64,000 nucleotides of DNA from Haliotis rufescens. Its lineage: Eukaryota. Below are positions 14,117-26,927 of the stretch, in pieces. Under the pieces are notes generated by a model. It saw only the letters and a list, made by a program, of their open reading frames with translations, made no database searches and was not told the DNA's origin. The stretch's first letter is position 1. Each line of letters opens with the position of its first letter. The stretch is taken from contig NW_025963890.1 of the NCBI RefSeq assembly GCF_023055435.1, forward strand, positions 72,292,001 through 72,356,000. Direction: 5' to 3'. The translations under genes were made by a program, and so were the position numbers.

Positions 14117-14278
14117 TACAGCGGAACCTCGTCTGACCGGATCCTGCTAATCCGGAAACCCCTCGAGCGATCACTTATGACAATCCTTAAAAACATACAC
14201 ATGTATGACTTATACCTGATTCGTTAATCCGAACGATTTTACGATGACTATGGTCCGGACTAACGAGGTTACACTGTA
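14117..14278. mobile_element. pogo/Tigger-like MITE
   Basis: TA-CAGCGGAACCTCGT...ACGAGGTTACACTG-TA imperfect TIRs with TA TSD. Confidence 0.7.
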
Positions 14279-16825
14279 CCCAAGATAAGTGGTGAGGGTG
14301 GTATAGGTTTCAAGGGCATAGAGGGCAAGATTATCAACTGATGGAACCTTTCAGTGTTGTTTACGATAGGCTGACATCACACTTACAAAGATTGAAAGGA
14401 GTCTCTCGGTAGTGAGGACATAGATTTAAAGGGTATATAGACCCGACGTCCCTACAGACACAAGCCACAACTCCACTGTGAACGCTTTCAGTGCTCTGTG
14501 TACGGTACGCTGACATGCCGTCGATAACGAGTATCTAGCACACTATGCAATAATTGAAAGATATTTATCTCGGTGTCATTAAATGACGATATCATCGAAT
14601 CCGTAGTTGTAGATGAGATGGGGCGACCCTGCACAGTTTGAGCAGCTATTACACGCACGGGGAAGCAAACAGAAGTCGATGGCGTATTTCATCACCGAAT
14701 TACCAGTGTGAAGGTCTCCCTTCTCCTTCAATAGGCAAAGCCAACACGACTGACAGGCTGACAGTTAATACACCATTTATCTCCCGTATCCCTCCATCAA
14801 GCAGCTCTTCGTCACTGAACAAACATGGACATCGCTTACTGTTGCCAGATAAAGTCAACAAATATAGCCTTACCTAAGCAAATACATTAGAATTGGAGCG
14901 TGGATTAAGCATCAGATGAAAATATTACATGTCAAAACGGATTTTTCTGGACGAGTAACTTTCAAGCAATGATGAAACCTCAGTTCTCACGCCGTCGTTT
15001 GAGTGGCAGTAGTGTCACGAGACTGTCGATGATGATGGCGAGAGGGATAGACACTACGTCCCTGCTGGTATATTGGCAATTCGCAGCCCAGCCACCGCAG
15101 CGCCGAATCTGTCTCCCGTGATGATACTCATTGCCCCGGGCAACCCACTGCGCCTGCAGCAGCAACAGCGCTAACACTTGTTGCGAGACCTTCGTCTAAC
15201 TAGACGGTACAGATTGAATTGAATCAAACTGTCCAGTCACTGATTTGATAAGAAGGGCATCTTTATGAAGCATGTACTAATTGTATGGTGTAACCAGTTG
15301 TCCGTGTCACGCAATTCCCTCCCACCGGAATCTCCCGGCATGCCAATGGGCGCTAGTTGCGTGCAGCCCTTCTTAGCATCAAAGCAGACCTTCGTCAGGC
15401 GGCGTTCCAATTCACTTTGGTAATTGTGGAATTTCCTCAAATGGCTTCCCAGGTATGTGAACGCACTGGGAACGAGCGCTTAATGTATCTGTTGGTTTGT
15501 GCCCGAGATGAGATGCGCCGTGTGGCTGCGGTAATTAATGATTCTGAATGAGATGGCCCACATCAATGCATAACTATAAACAATGTAGGAGGACATATAA
15601 CTGGAATTCTGCAATTGGATAATTAATTATTCCGAGTTCATTTCCGATAAACGACAGAATCAACGAGTGCGCGGCTATCTCATCATCAAGTGAAAATTGA
15701 TAAAATTATTGAACCTCTTTGAAGTGGTTCAATACAAAGTCGGGACACATATGCGTTAAAAATATTAATTTGTAACAATTAGCACCCCGACGCGAGGTGA
15801 TAGAGGAATCATGTACGACATTAGAGTCAAGCTGCTATCTGAATAGATTATGACGTCATTTAATGACGCTGTGACGTCATTTAATAGCACGGATTCTGAA
15901 GCAAGTAATGCAGTAAATGAGAGTTGTACAAATTAGGGAATTGATGAGGAATGTTTCTTACTGCGTTCAAATTAAGCACCAGATTTTAATTATCTGGAGC
16001 AGCGCTATTTCCAGGGAAAAGGTGATTAAGTTAGAGCCCCCCCGCGATGCTGTGTCTGGCCGGGTTTTGTGCCGCGAAGGGTTCCTATCGTCTACAACTG
16101 GCACCACTAGTGGGCAGGCTGTTATCAAATCTGCACTTTCAACCTGGGGGTTCAAACCCATAGACTTCATTATTGGCCTCACACCCAATGCACCGAGTGT
16201 TTCGAGCAGTAAGATGTCATTTCGTTAAACAATTAAATTTAGGCGAACGTTGTCCATTGTTGCTGCGTTTAATGGGTTCGACAGAGTGCCCCGCAGGCCT
16301 GGGGCAACCCTGAAGAGATCAGAAAATGTAATTAAAAATCAGAAAAGCATGTCATGAACAGTCTGGGATGTTTCTGGGGGAGTGTCCCGGGGGGTACGGC
16401 GCCGTGAGACATCGGGGACCATGGGCTGTCCCGGCCCTGTCAGTAGCACCGGTCGGGGAGGCAGTGGCGATGTGCACTATGGCGTTGACAAGGACGTCAC
16501 AGAGTTGTCACAACACCGTTACGACACCATGGTCGTGGCAGGGGGCCCCGCCTGCAGTTGACGGGACGGCAGCGACAGCAAGCCGTCACACACTATGACG
16601 TTACTGATGCCTAGGACATCCCTTTGCAAGTCGCAGCGACCATTAATGTCAAGATTGGTTCTGACAGGCTGTCAGAAACATTCGCTGTTATGTTCCGTCA
16701 TGCATGAAAACATGGTGTCGTCAGGCCTTGCCATTCGGAAACACCACGCCGAGTATGTGTAGAGTGCGATTCATGTTTCCGTAGGCACTACAATTATGTG
16801 CAAATGTGTCGTTATAGATACAGAT

Positions 16826-17147
16826 ATGTTCTGGGGTAGAGAGTAGGATAGGAGAATTTGTATTCTTGGATGGAGTGTAGTCACAGCAGTGTTCTGGGAT
16901 AGAGAGTAGAGAAGTCACAAAACCGTTCTGGGATAGAGAGTAGAGAAATTACAAAAAACGTTCTGGGTTACAGATTAGGGAAGTCCCAAAATGTTCTGGG
17001 GTTGAGAGTGAGGAAGTCACAAAAACGTTCCGGGGAAGAGAGTAGGATAGTTATAATAAAACCTTCTGGGGTAGAGAGTAGGGAAGTTAATAAAAACGTT
17101 CTGGGGTAGAGAGTAGGGTAGTCACAAAAAACGTTCCGGGTAGAGTA
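16826..17147. repeat. Degenerate ~34-35-bp minisatellite (gttctggggtagagagtagggaagtcacaaaaac)
   Basis: About 9 diverged tandem copies. Confidence 0.85.
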
Positions 17148-18065
17148 ACCACCGACATCTTCTATGGTGGATAGAAAGGTAGGCCTATAAAAGTTGTTTT
17201 TTTCGTGACTCCATAATGTTGAAGTTTCATTTGCCAAAGATAAAAGTTTGAGAGCAAGGTATCCGACATTAAAAAAAATAATTTTACTTTCCAAACCTGA
17301 GTCCACATATTTTACGCCAATCTTAATTTCTTCTCCACACAGCCACCAGTAGCCTGTTAGAAGCCCAACGCGAATCAGTCATCCGTTGATGTTGGTGAAT
17401 AAATCATGTATTTAGACATGCACGATCTCAATTATCAAGGTCTTGTCCCAGTATGCTGTACAACCAAGCACATCTAACACGAACCAAGTATTTATTCGGC
17501 TTTGTAATACCGAATCTCTGCAAACGTGCACGATCACATTAACCAGCAAAGCTGGCAACAATATTAATATGATGAACATTTCAGGATATAAAAGTCCATT
17601 TTGTTAACGATGAGAGAAGGTTAATTTCCTAACCAACTCGCTAACACCACATGACACTTTGATAATTGCTTTGAGAGATCAACTCTCCGAGGGGCACGAA
17701 CCCTAAAAGAGTTTACACAAACAATGATAATGGTATTGCGATGGGGAGGGTTATCTTTATCATTGTATATTTTCATGATTATCAAGTTTATCCTACAAAC
17801 GTGATCTGAATAAACGCTGCTGTGTTTTCAGGGAAAACGTAAACAGACAACTAATCCTTCGCTTCATCTGTTTCTTAATCTTTTCAATTGTCCAGTCTCC
17901 CATCAATGTTAATTAAACCTATCCTTCATCACTAAGTGTGTACGACATCCCGCAGAGACGTGGAAATGAGAGTGACGTCACAATGTAACGTGTGGATGGA
18001 AGCCAGCGAACACATGGCGCAGCACTGGCAGAGTCCCTTGTGTGGGAATAATGCTGTGTTAATCC

Positions 18066-19560
18066 TTTGCTGTTACAGATCACACCTTATGTTGTTACAG
18101 ATCACATCTCATGCTGTTACTGATAACATCTTATGCTGTTACAAATCACATCTTATGCTGTTACGTCATATCATGCTGATATATGTCACATTATCCTGTT
18201 ACAGATCACATCTTATGTTTTTACATGTTATCTCATGTTGTTACATGTTATATTATTGTTGTTACAGAGCATATCTTATGTTGGTACATATCACATCTTA
18301 TGCTGTCACATGTCACGACTTATGCTGTTACATATCACATCTCATGTTGTAACATGTCATCTTATGTTGTTACATGTTATCTTATGTTCCTACCTATCAC
18401 TTCTATGTTGGTATATATCCCCATCTTATGTTGTTACATATCTCATCTATGTTGTTTTATATCCCCATCTTATGTTGTTACATATCACATCTTATGTTGT
18501 TACATATCCCTAGGGGCGGTGGGGTAGCCTAGTGGTTAAAGCGTTTGCTCGTCACGCCGAAGACCCGGGTTCGATTCCCGACATGGGTACAATGTGTGAA
18601 GCCCATTTCTGGTGTCACCCGCCGAGATATTGCTGGAATATTGCTAAAAGCTGCGTAAAACAATACTCACTCACTCACTCACTCACATATCCCTATCTTA
18701 TGTTGTTACATATCACTTCTATGTTGTTTCATATCCCCAACTTATGTTGTTACATATCACATCTATGTTGTTACATAAAACATCTATGTTGTTACATATC
18801 ACATCTTATGTTGTTACATATCCCTATCTTATGGTGTTACATATCACTTCTTTGTTGTTTCATATCCCCAACTTATGTTGTTACATATCACATCTTATGT
18901 TGTTACATATCCCTATCTTATGTTGTTACATATTACTTCTATGTTGTTACATATCCCCATCTTATGTTGTTACATATTACTTCTATGTTGTTACATATCC
19001 CCATCTTATGTTGTTACATATCACTTCTATGTTGTTACATATCCCCATCTTATGTTGTTACATATTACTTCTATGTTGTTATATATCCCCATCTTATGTT
19101 GTTACATATCCCCATCTTATGTTGTTACTTATCCCCATTTTATGCTGTTACATATGACATTCATATGTTGCTACAGATCACCAACGTACATTGTTACATA
19201 TCACATCATAGTTAATGTTGTTACATATCACCAGCATATGTTGTTACATTTCATCTTATGTTGTTACAGATCACATCTTATGTTGCGACAGATCAGTGTC
19301 ATATATTGTTTCTTTCTCATATCATATTTTATGTTGTTACAGAACACCACATCCTGGTGTTACCTATAAACAATCTCAGGGTGTTACATATTAAATCTTA
19401 TGTTGTTACGTATATAATCGTATGTCGTTACATATTAAATATTATGTTGTTACATATATAATCTTATGTTATTTACATATACAATTTTACGTTGTAACAT
19501 ATATATTCTTATGTCGATACTTATTAAATGTTATGTTGTTACACGCAACAATCTTAAATT
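18066..19560. repeat. ~20-22-bp minisatellite (tcttatgttgttacatatcaca and variants)
   Basis: Homogeneous centre, decayed edges; explains the MLLHIT/YVVTY ORFs. Confidence 0.95.
18513..18684 (+). mobile_element. tRNA-derived SINE, family A, inserted in a minisatellite
   Basis: Intact A box TAGCCTAGTGG and B box GGTTCGATTCC; (ACTC)n tail; flanked by acatatcccta at 18502-18512 and 18685-18695. Confidence 0.92.
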
Positions 19561-19949
19561 ACATACGACAAACAGATAAAATCCATAATACAATCAAATG
19601 TTATTGAAGAAATAGCCTTCTCATGCAGTTAAACATATTGCAGTAGCCGTGATAGTCCTACCCCATGACTGTGGAATATATATATTTTATAAAAACAAAA
19701 CCAATCTAGATATATATACTAAAGCAAGTCTAGCCAGCGCTACTCCACATCAGGAAAATTATTTGTTTTAAGTTTAGAGGAGAGAAATGTACTGTGGAAT
19801 AAAAGATTCCATAGACTATATAGTCTATAGCAGTGATGGGTTGGAGTTTTAAACTTCGCCACTTCATCCCAATAAGACATGTTCTTGGCTCCGTGAGCGA
19901 CGTTGATAATGTGACCTTAAGCTAAACCCATACCATCACAGCCAGATTG

Positions 19950-20500
19950 GATTGTTGAAACATCAGACCCATGGAGTGTGAAGATATTCTCCCACTGACC
20001 CCCTTACATCAAACGATTCCTCTTCTTCATCACTGACCCTATAGACGGAGATATTGGAAGATCATAAAGATGCCCATTACAGACGCGATGTAGACCCAGT
20101 GACTACACCCCCACTAACGGTGTTTACAGCTAGGACTGCTTCATGACTACATCGCCCGTGAAGCAGAATAGAGATGTGGAACTAAGATGCTCCTGAAGCT
20201 CCTCCATCAGGGATGTAGGTACATTTGGCTGATTGGATACATGTCCTATTGTTAGCGAGGGCATAGACCCCGTGAAACATTTACTGAGGGCAATGAATTA
20301 ATCAAACAGGTTTGACGTGTATTGAGAACTGACAGTAGATGAAGAAGCGGATGGGGCAGGATGGGCATGGTGGGCAGGATGGGCAAAGCCTCCTGGTGTT
20401 GCTGAAGCGCAGCAGTGTCAGATGGGACTATGGACACAAAGCTTTCAAATCGATCCTGCTCGTCAATCCAAACCCCTACTCCAGCATCACTCGATAATCA
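19950..20500 (-). mobile_element. Possible second decayed AP-endonuclease relic
   Basis: GVGVWI ~20480, GVYAL ~20265 and FTGDV ~20155 occur in endonuclease order, but the first spacing is long. Confidence 0.3.
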
Positions 20501-21653
20501 GCTAGCCCTAGGGGATTTCAGATTTGTTGCCAACGACCCTAATTAGGCCTTGTCAGATTTCTTAGTCCATTCTTCATTGTAGAATAATGAATATGTGGAC
20601 ATTGGTGTACGTGATTGTGGGTCTCTGTTGTTATTTGCCTGTTTTTATTGTCATGCATATCCCCGACCTATATCCTCTGGTGCCTCTGAAAACGAGCTCT
20701 GGAAATGCGGCAGTTCTATAGCCAGGATTCATTGATTTTCATTGAAGAATCTCGTCTTAATCTCAGCTCTAAAAGCGACATCAATTATGGCACGTGCAGA
20801 GAGCGCGCACCTTGTCGTGACGTCATCATCCAAGGCTCTGAATCATTGAGATTGAAAAATATAGAAAAATAGTCCATGCCCGCTGTGAAAGATTCAGTTT
20901 GAATTTTATATCAGTCAATGTTTGTGATAATAGACATAACCCATTGCATGTTTATTTCAAGACATGCATGTACACACTGAGACCCCAGACGGAATAATTC
21001 TGAATATATTGCAATGAATAGCAAAATTGATTACTCTTGTAATATCCAGCCGATGTTGCTCCTAAAAACTGTGACCGATATCGGTTAAACGGCTACAATA
21101 AAATAGAACAGAACCGTTAGACACATTATGATTGTGTATCGCATATTGGCTTTCTTTAGTTTTCAGCAATAATTCCAACAACAATCCAGCAATTTGCCAA
21201 TCGAAGCACCACCTGAAACCTGTACCGTGCGCCAGATCGATAGACCATGTAGCATTTACATGCATACCCAATTGGTGAAAACAACTTGTATGAGACTATA
21301 ACACGAAAATACGCTGAATAGAAGTCTATAATGGAATAATTGAACAGCAGTGCCGAGGAGTATGGCTTTATGTCAGAGAATAGGAGGTAGGTTAGCAGAC
21401 GTCGCTGTGTGGAGCCTGCACCTGCTGGTCCGCCCTGAACTGATTAGATCCACGTTAGGATGTGCATATACACTCACGGGCAATCAGCGTTGGCCTCCCC
21501 AATCAATCATCCATATGTACAGGGGCCACAACAAGGTTAGCTTTAACAAACATAGGAACGGGATTACTTATTAACCGCCCACAGGTGCAGATCGGAAATA
21601 TAAAACGTCAACGCCTGAGAGTAACCATCCTCGATTATAGGCCGAAATGCATT

Positions 21654-21760
21654 ACATTGGGCGTTAAAGGCAAAACAGCGGTGAAAATAATATGAATGGC
21701 TCACTGAAAATCAGTAATGACACCAGGTATTCGCGACAAGAAAAAGCATGTCCTGACCAC
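21654..21760 (+). repeat. Interspersed repeat family E (also 33391-33600, 41284-41309 and, on -, 62278-62306)
   Basis: Shared aaaggcaaaa...atatgaatgg.tca.tgaaa.tcagt.atgacaccaggt.ttcgcga. Class unknown. Confidence 0.6.
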
Positions 21761-23874
21761 CACTCACACAATTTGCAAAAAAAAGTACGTTTGTTGCCCG
21801 ACGCCAAGATACGAAAATGCCTTTATATCAACCACTCATACCACGTATATGTGACATTCATCAACTTCATATTCTGAATGTTTTTAAATAATTTCTTCCT
21901 TTTTTCTTTTTCTCCTACTTATTGTTTTTACAAGATGTCAGTAATTGGTTCCCGGACAATCACGAAGTTAAAGTCAATTAGTATCCATACAATTACTTGT
22001 TACAAACATCCCGTCAACCTTGAATTTTGAACAAAATCCTCGATTTGTTATTCTGGTACTTTTTCTTTATTTGAAGATGTATGTAAATAGAGCCTGTCAA
22101 ACAAGACGTGCTAAATTCAAAATCTATTCATGTAAAATACATGTTACAATCACCAAGTCAAGCTAAATCTGAAAATATTTTTGAAATAAAAACATCGTCT
22201 TGTTATTCCTTATTGATTTTTTAAGATGTCAGTAATTGGTTCCCGGACAAACAGGACCAAATTTGTTAAAGTCAATCAGTATTCATGATTTGCCAAAAGA
22301 CAATATTTTGCCAGTTATAATCCATGTTCGTAAAACAGATTTCCTGTGTCAAATCCTTTGTGTACTATTTGTCTGCCGCACGTGCCCGAGTCCCGAGCTG
22401 CCGTCGACTCTACCGTACAGCGGAAACAGTGGTTTGACTTGGGGCAGGCGGACTTCCGGTTGACCACGATGTCACGTGACATGGAAACAATGGCTACCCG
22501 GATCAGGGCATCATTTAATGAGTCAAGCTGGCTTTTCTCCACTGTCACTGATGAATGGCTAGCTGGGGTAATCTTGTCATTTATAAGGAGGTGTTAAGTA
22601 GGCGACAAATTAGCTGGAAAGCCTACCAGGACCAACTATAAATATTCATAAGAGTGAAATAATGACCTGGAGAAACTAATCATGTGTCTCCAACGAAGTG
22701 GCATATATTCATTTCTAAGAATTAGGATATGTCCTATCTCAAGAATACTCCAAGTAATCCTGTTATCGGGTGAATCGAGTCCTGCAACACTTGTAATTCT
22801 CATCCCAGCTGTAAAACAAGACTTTAAACAATGTCACCACTCTTAGTCCCCCCGATTGTCACGTTAACTCTGTTAAACCTAGTCGGCCATATTTACACAA
22901 GGTCGACTCACTCAGCTGACATCATACCCGACGTATTACTGTCAGACGTGATCGGGACAAGCCCTTGGTGCTGTATTCCTGGATTGTCTTTGACACATGC
23001 TGTCTTGGAATCAGCTGCTAGAAGTCCGCGGGTTCGTCGCTCTTATACCTCTGGCCAAAAATTGAGGCTTTATTTTCCGGCTGGTCTATCGTATCAAGCC
23101 TCTTGAATTCCAACTCGCGGAAATTGGACCGTGATTATCACAAATTGATGTCACTCCTCTGAGCTGCTCGCGACAAGACAAAGAGCGCGCGACACGCACG
23201 TGAGATTTTTCACATCAAATCCAATGGAAGAGATGATTCATTCCACTGCAAATTCTTTGTACCAAACGACGATTTTATTTAAAGGATTCTCAACAATGCC
23301 GAAACGAAAGAAGGAAACGCCAGGCAAGCTGATCCTGTCGTTTTCGAGCGCGTTCCGTAAGGCTGGTCTTGGTGTCGCGTCTCGGAGACACGGGGACTTC
23401 TGTAGCTGGGGGATAAGAACACAGGGGGGAGATCGAACAGGGGAGACACAGGGGAGGGTGAGATGAAAACACAGCCGGCGTGTGATGGAGCGATACACTC
23501 AGCAGACCAGAAACTCGGGGTACAAGTGTTACGCAGGAACAAGCAATACCGTAACAGCAGGCACGTGTCTGAGCAGAGAGCAATGATAAGGCGGTGTTTG
23601 TTTGACCCTCTCAAAGTATTCGTGCCATCTAAGTGTTTTAAGTGGTTCGCGAAATTGGTTTTCAAAGACATGGATTATCGTGGAATATCATGAAACATAA
23701 TTTTCAAATTGGCACCAAGGGCTTTAAATTCGGACTACCGATTGTAAATTCTGAATATTAGTCATCAAAGAATATTGTGTCAGCTGAAGAATCAATATGT
23801 AGACTTGGTCTTAGTCGGGAAAACCCCTTTTGACTTTCAGCGAGATGAATCTGTCCCAATACAAGGATACAATG

Positions 23875-25108
23875 ACCTAACTTAGACTTAAATGTGCCGA
23901 CACAACCTTCTCAAACAGATACCCTAGATCTACATGTACCGAGAGAACCATCTCTCCTAGCTAACCTAGATCTACATATACCGACACAACCACCTCTCCT
24001 AGCTAACCTAGATCTACATATACCGACACAACCATCTCTCCTAGGTAACCTAGATCTACATGTACCGACACAACCACCTCTCCTAGCTAACCTACATGTA
24101 CATATACCGACACAAGCATCTCTCCTAGGTAACCTAGATCTACATATACCGACACAACCATCTCTCCTAGGTAACCTAGATCTACATGTACCGACACAGC
24201 CACATCTCCTAGCTAACCTTGATCTACATGTACCGACACAACCATCTCAATCAGCTTACCTAGATCTACATGTACCGACACAACCATCTCAAACAGCTAA
24301 CCTAGATCTACATGTACCAACACAACCATCTTAAACAGCTAACGTAGATCTACACATACCGACACAACCATCTCTCCTAGGTAACCTAGAGCTACATGTA
24401 CCGACACAACCACCTCTCCTAGCTAACCTAGATCTACATGTACCGACACAACATTCTCAAACAGCTAACCTAGATCTACATGTACCGACACAACCATCTC
24501 AAACAGCTAACCTAGATATACATGAACCGACACAACCATCTCAAACAGCTAACCTAGATCTACATGTACCGACACAACCACCTCAAACAGCTAACCTTGA
24601 TCTACATGAACCGACACAACCATCTCAAAAAGCTAACCTAGATCTACATGTACCGACACAACCACCTCAAACAGCTAACCTTGATCTACATGAACCGACA
24701 CAACCACCTCAAACAGCTAACCTAGATCTACATGAACCGACACAACCACCTCAAACAGCTAACCTAGATCTACATGTACCGACACAACCACCTCTCCTAG
24801 CTAACCTAGATCTACATATACCGACACAACCATCTCTCCTAGGTAACCTAGATCTACATGTACCGACACAACCATCTCAAACAGCTAACCTAGATCTGCA
24901 TGTACCAACACAACCATCTTAAACAGCTAACCTAGATCTACACATACCGACACAACCATCTCAAACAGCTAACCGAGATCTACATGTACCGACACAACCA
25001 TCTCAAACAGCTAACCTAGACCTAAATGTACCGACACAACGATACCAAGACCTAACCTAGACCTACATATGCCAACACAACACCCTCGACCAGCTAACCC
25101 AGACCTAG
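23875..25108. repeat. 42-bp minisatellite (ccgacacaaccatctcaaacagctaacctagatctacatgta), ~29 copies
   Basis: Two subtypes (ctcctag vs caaacag); unit length conserved except near the right edge. Confidence 0.95.
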
Positions 25109-26064
25109 TTTCCACTGATATTAAACAGACTATCAGCTGGCAAGAGAATGAGCTTCTCACGACTAGAACCATTCATCATTCCTTAAGTATGATTGTTAGG
25201 TTAATAGTGACACAATTTCCTAAAACACCACAGCACAAGGGCAGGCACCTGCCGTCCGTGACAGCGAGCCTATATGAAAACAGAGTCACATTCATTTCAG
25301 TTAGGTGGAGAATAATGGCTCCATGGCCTCAAATTACCGATTAATCTTTAATGTGGATCTACCGTATTATGCAGCCGTTATCATTGTGGGGAGAGAGGGG
25401 TATTGAAATGGCAGTGATTACTGAAAATGGATAACGGTATGTGACCCCTGGTATTTCCACCGAATATGGTAGGAACAAGGAGAGCTGGTTCAGATTAAGC
25501 AACACAAGCTCAGCAATCAATCAAAACGCTGGTAAATAAATACAAAGGCTTCACGTAATAAAGTAATTATACTCCGGCGATTCTTTGATGGTCGACTGTA
25601 GAGTGTACAGCTGCATTGTGGGTATCAGTTTCCGACAGGGGCAGATAAGTGGTTTATAATTCCCGTGAGGATAGCGTGAGGGTGGGGGTGGGGAGGGGGG
25701 AGGGGGGTTACGTCCTAGCAGACTTGCCGCAACATATAAAAAGACAATTATTGGAATAACACCATTCGCCAAAATGACATTCAATGTTCTTGTTGAGACA
25801 TGTGATAATCTCTTCACGCTGACGGGGTGGTGCATTTACGTTGTGTGTTCTGAGGTTGTCGTGGTGTTTGAAATGTCATCGGTGAACTTTCAGCAGGGTT
25901 TAATAAACATCACTGTGCAGCGCAAATTGACACTCACTTTTGTAACGTGTTATTATAAAATATGGTGTGACGCGGTATTATACGCAGTACTGAGCACAGC
26001 TTCATATACTGTGGTGCATCCTGGTATGAAACGATGTTATTCACAATGTAATTGTATGTCACAA

Positions 26065-26265
26065 ACCCGTTAGAATTGCCCTTGCTTGTAAGAGGCGACT
26101 AACGGGATCTGGTGGTCAGGCTCGCTGACTTGATTGATGCATGTCATCGCGAAGATCGCTACTCGTGATATCAATCGCTGGATCGTCTGGTCCAGACTCG
26201 ACTTTTTACAGACATATAGTTGGAATTTTGCTAATTGCGGCGTTAAACAACAAACAAACCAAACC
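26065..26265 (+). mobile_element. Retroposon family C copy with internal deletions
   Basis: acccgt...gtaagaggcgactaacgggatctggtggtcaggctcgctgactt...gcggcgttaaacaacaaac. Confidence 0.8.
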
Positions 26266-26661
26266 ATGTACAATTGTCACTCGCAATAGTAGAAAAACAG
26301 TATTGAAACAGAAGTTATGAAAAGTCCAAGAATGCAATGGTATGACAAAATATACAAGTAATGGTATTACAAGCGATACAGAATGGTATGACACAAAGCT
26401 ACGCGCGTGACAAGTGACAAACAACGGTAGTACGTGACAACGCACCCAATAGCTGAGACCAGCATCTGCCACAATATTATACAACATTATACTCAATATT
26501 ATGGCATAATTCACACATATCGGTATGACACAATATTACACACTATGATAACGTGCGATAACACATTTGTATTAACACAATTTAAACACAATGACACAAT
26601 ATTCCGACTCCAAACCAAGGTACATTACTGGAATTAACATGACAGGGTGTGATACGATACC

Positions 26662-26927
26662 TTTCCTCTTATTAAAGAATAGTTTCCCCTTATTAAAGCA
26701 TAGTTTCCCCTTATTAAAGCATTGTTTCCCCTTATTAAAGCATAGTTTCACCTTATTAAAGCATAGTTTCCCCTTATTAAAGCATAGTTTCCCCTTATTA
26801 AGGCATAGTTTCCCCTTATTAAAGCATAGTTTCCCCTTATTAAAGCATAGTTTTACCTTATTAAAGCATAGTTTCCCCTTATTAAAGCATAGTTTCACCT
26901 TATTAAAGCATAGTTTCCCTTTATCAA
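26662..26927. repeat. 21-bp minisatellite (ttattaaagcatagtttcccc), ~12 copies
   Basis: Direct inspection. Confidence 0.95.

Noticed and set aside
18513-18590. tRNA-like A/B boxes
   Set aside because: SINE head: continues into a shared body and tail with TSDs and has no complete cloverleaf.
17936-19607. Overlapping ORFs up to 227 aa
   Set aside because: Translations of a 20-22-bp minisatellite plus a SINE.
20758-20768. TAATCTCAGCT, matching the start of miR-216
   Set aside because: Match stops after 11 nt; no hairpin.
23894-24334. 146-aa PTQPS-repeat ORF
   Set aside because: Minisatellite with internal stops, a non-ATG start and no splice or promoter support.
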